A program made the position numbers and the translations under genes. The notes under the pieces are model-generated. The model did not search any database. It was not told the DNA's origin and worked only from the letters and a program-made list of their open reading frames with translations. A stretch of 63,741 nt of DNA, filler included, from Dirinaria sp. TL-2023a (taxonomy: Eukaryota): NCBI GenBank assembly GCA_051941275.1. It is 11 parts of 11 records of this genome, joined end to end, with 100 filler letters (N's around TTAATTAATTAA, not from the genome) between each part and the next. Parts side by side here need not be neighbours in the genome. Positions count along the whole stretch, not along the records: positions 58,058 to 63,741 come from JAVEBF010001610.1; 10 more parts are not named here. One strand, 5' to 3'. Below are positions 63,729 through 63,741 of the stretch, one piece after another. Numbering within the stretch: position 1 is the stretch's first letter; every line of letters begins with the position of its first letter.

Positions 63729-63741
63729 TTAATTTCTTTTT

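Overview
Fungal (Pezizomycotina ascomycete) nuclear DNA with short GT-AG introns. The window is not one locus. It is 11 unrelated contigs of 5.68-5.73 kb, sorted by decreasing length and joined by artificial 100-nt spacers (N-run/TTAATTAATTAA/N-run), so gene neighbourhood is meaningful only within a contig. Recognisable genes, with intron structures worked out by hand: an NTF2/SnoaL-like AusH/AusJ-type protein, a proline-type amino acid permease, pheromone receptor STE2, a FHA-like/tandem-BRCT protein, CHS7, a WSC-domain copper radical (glyoxal) oxidase, an HbxA/Htf1-like homeobox factor, TMS1/Serinc, a PfkB kinase, cytochrome c heme lyase, an ABC1/ADCK kinase, delta-12 desaturase, ESS1/PIN1, a saccharopine-dehydrogenase-like oxidoreductase, RPL43, a PTH11-like membrane protein and a Dal5-family MFS transporter. 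There are also two pseudogenes (F-box-like, NACHT-WD40 NLR-type). The best novel candidate is a 53-aa Cys/His microprotein gene that the ORF track missed; it has its own TATA box, 5'UTR intron and strong Kozak context. Other points of interest: repeated C/A-rich to G/T-rich strand-skew flips with high GC3 near contig breaks, a stop-free in-frame intron in STE2, and a Cys-rich plus F-box-like orphan protein. No CRISPR array, rRNA, complete tRNA or intact transposon was seen. All family calls come from motif recognition, not database searches.
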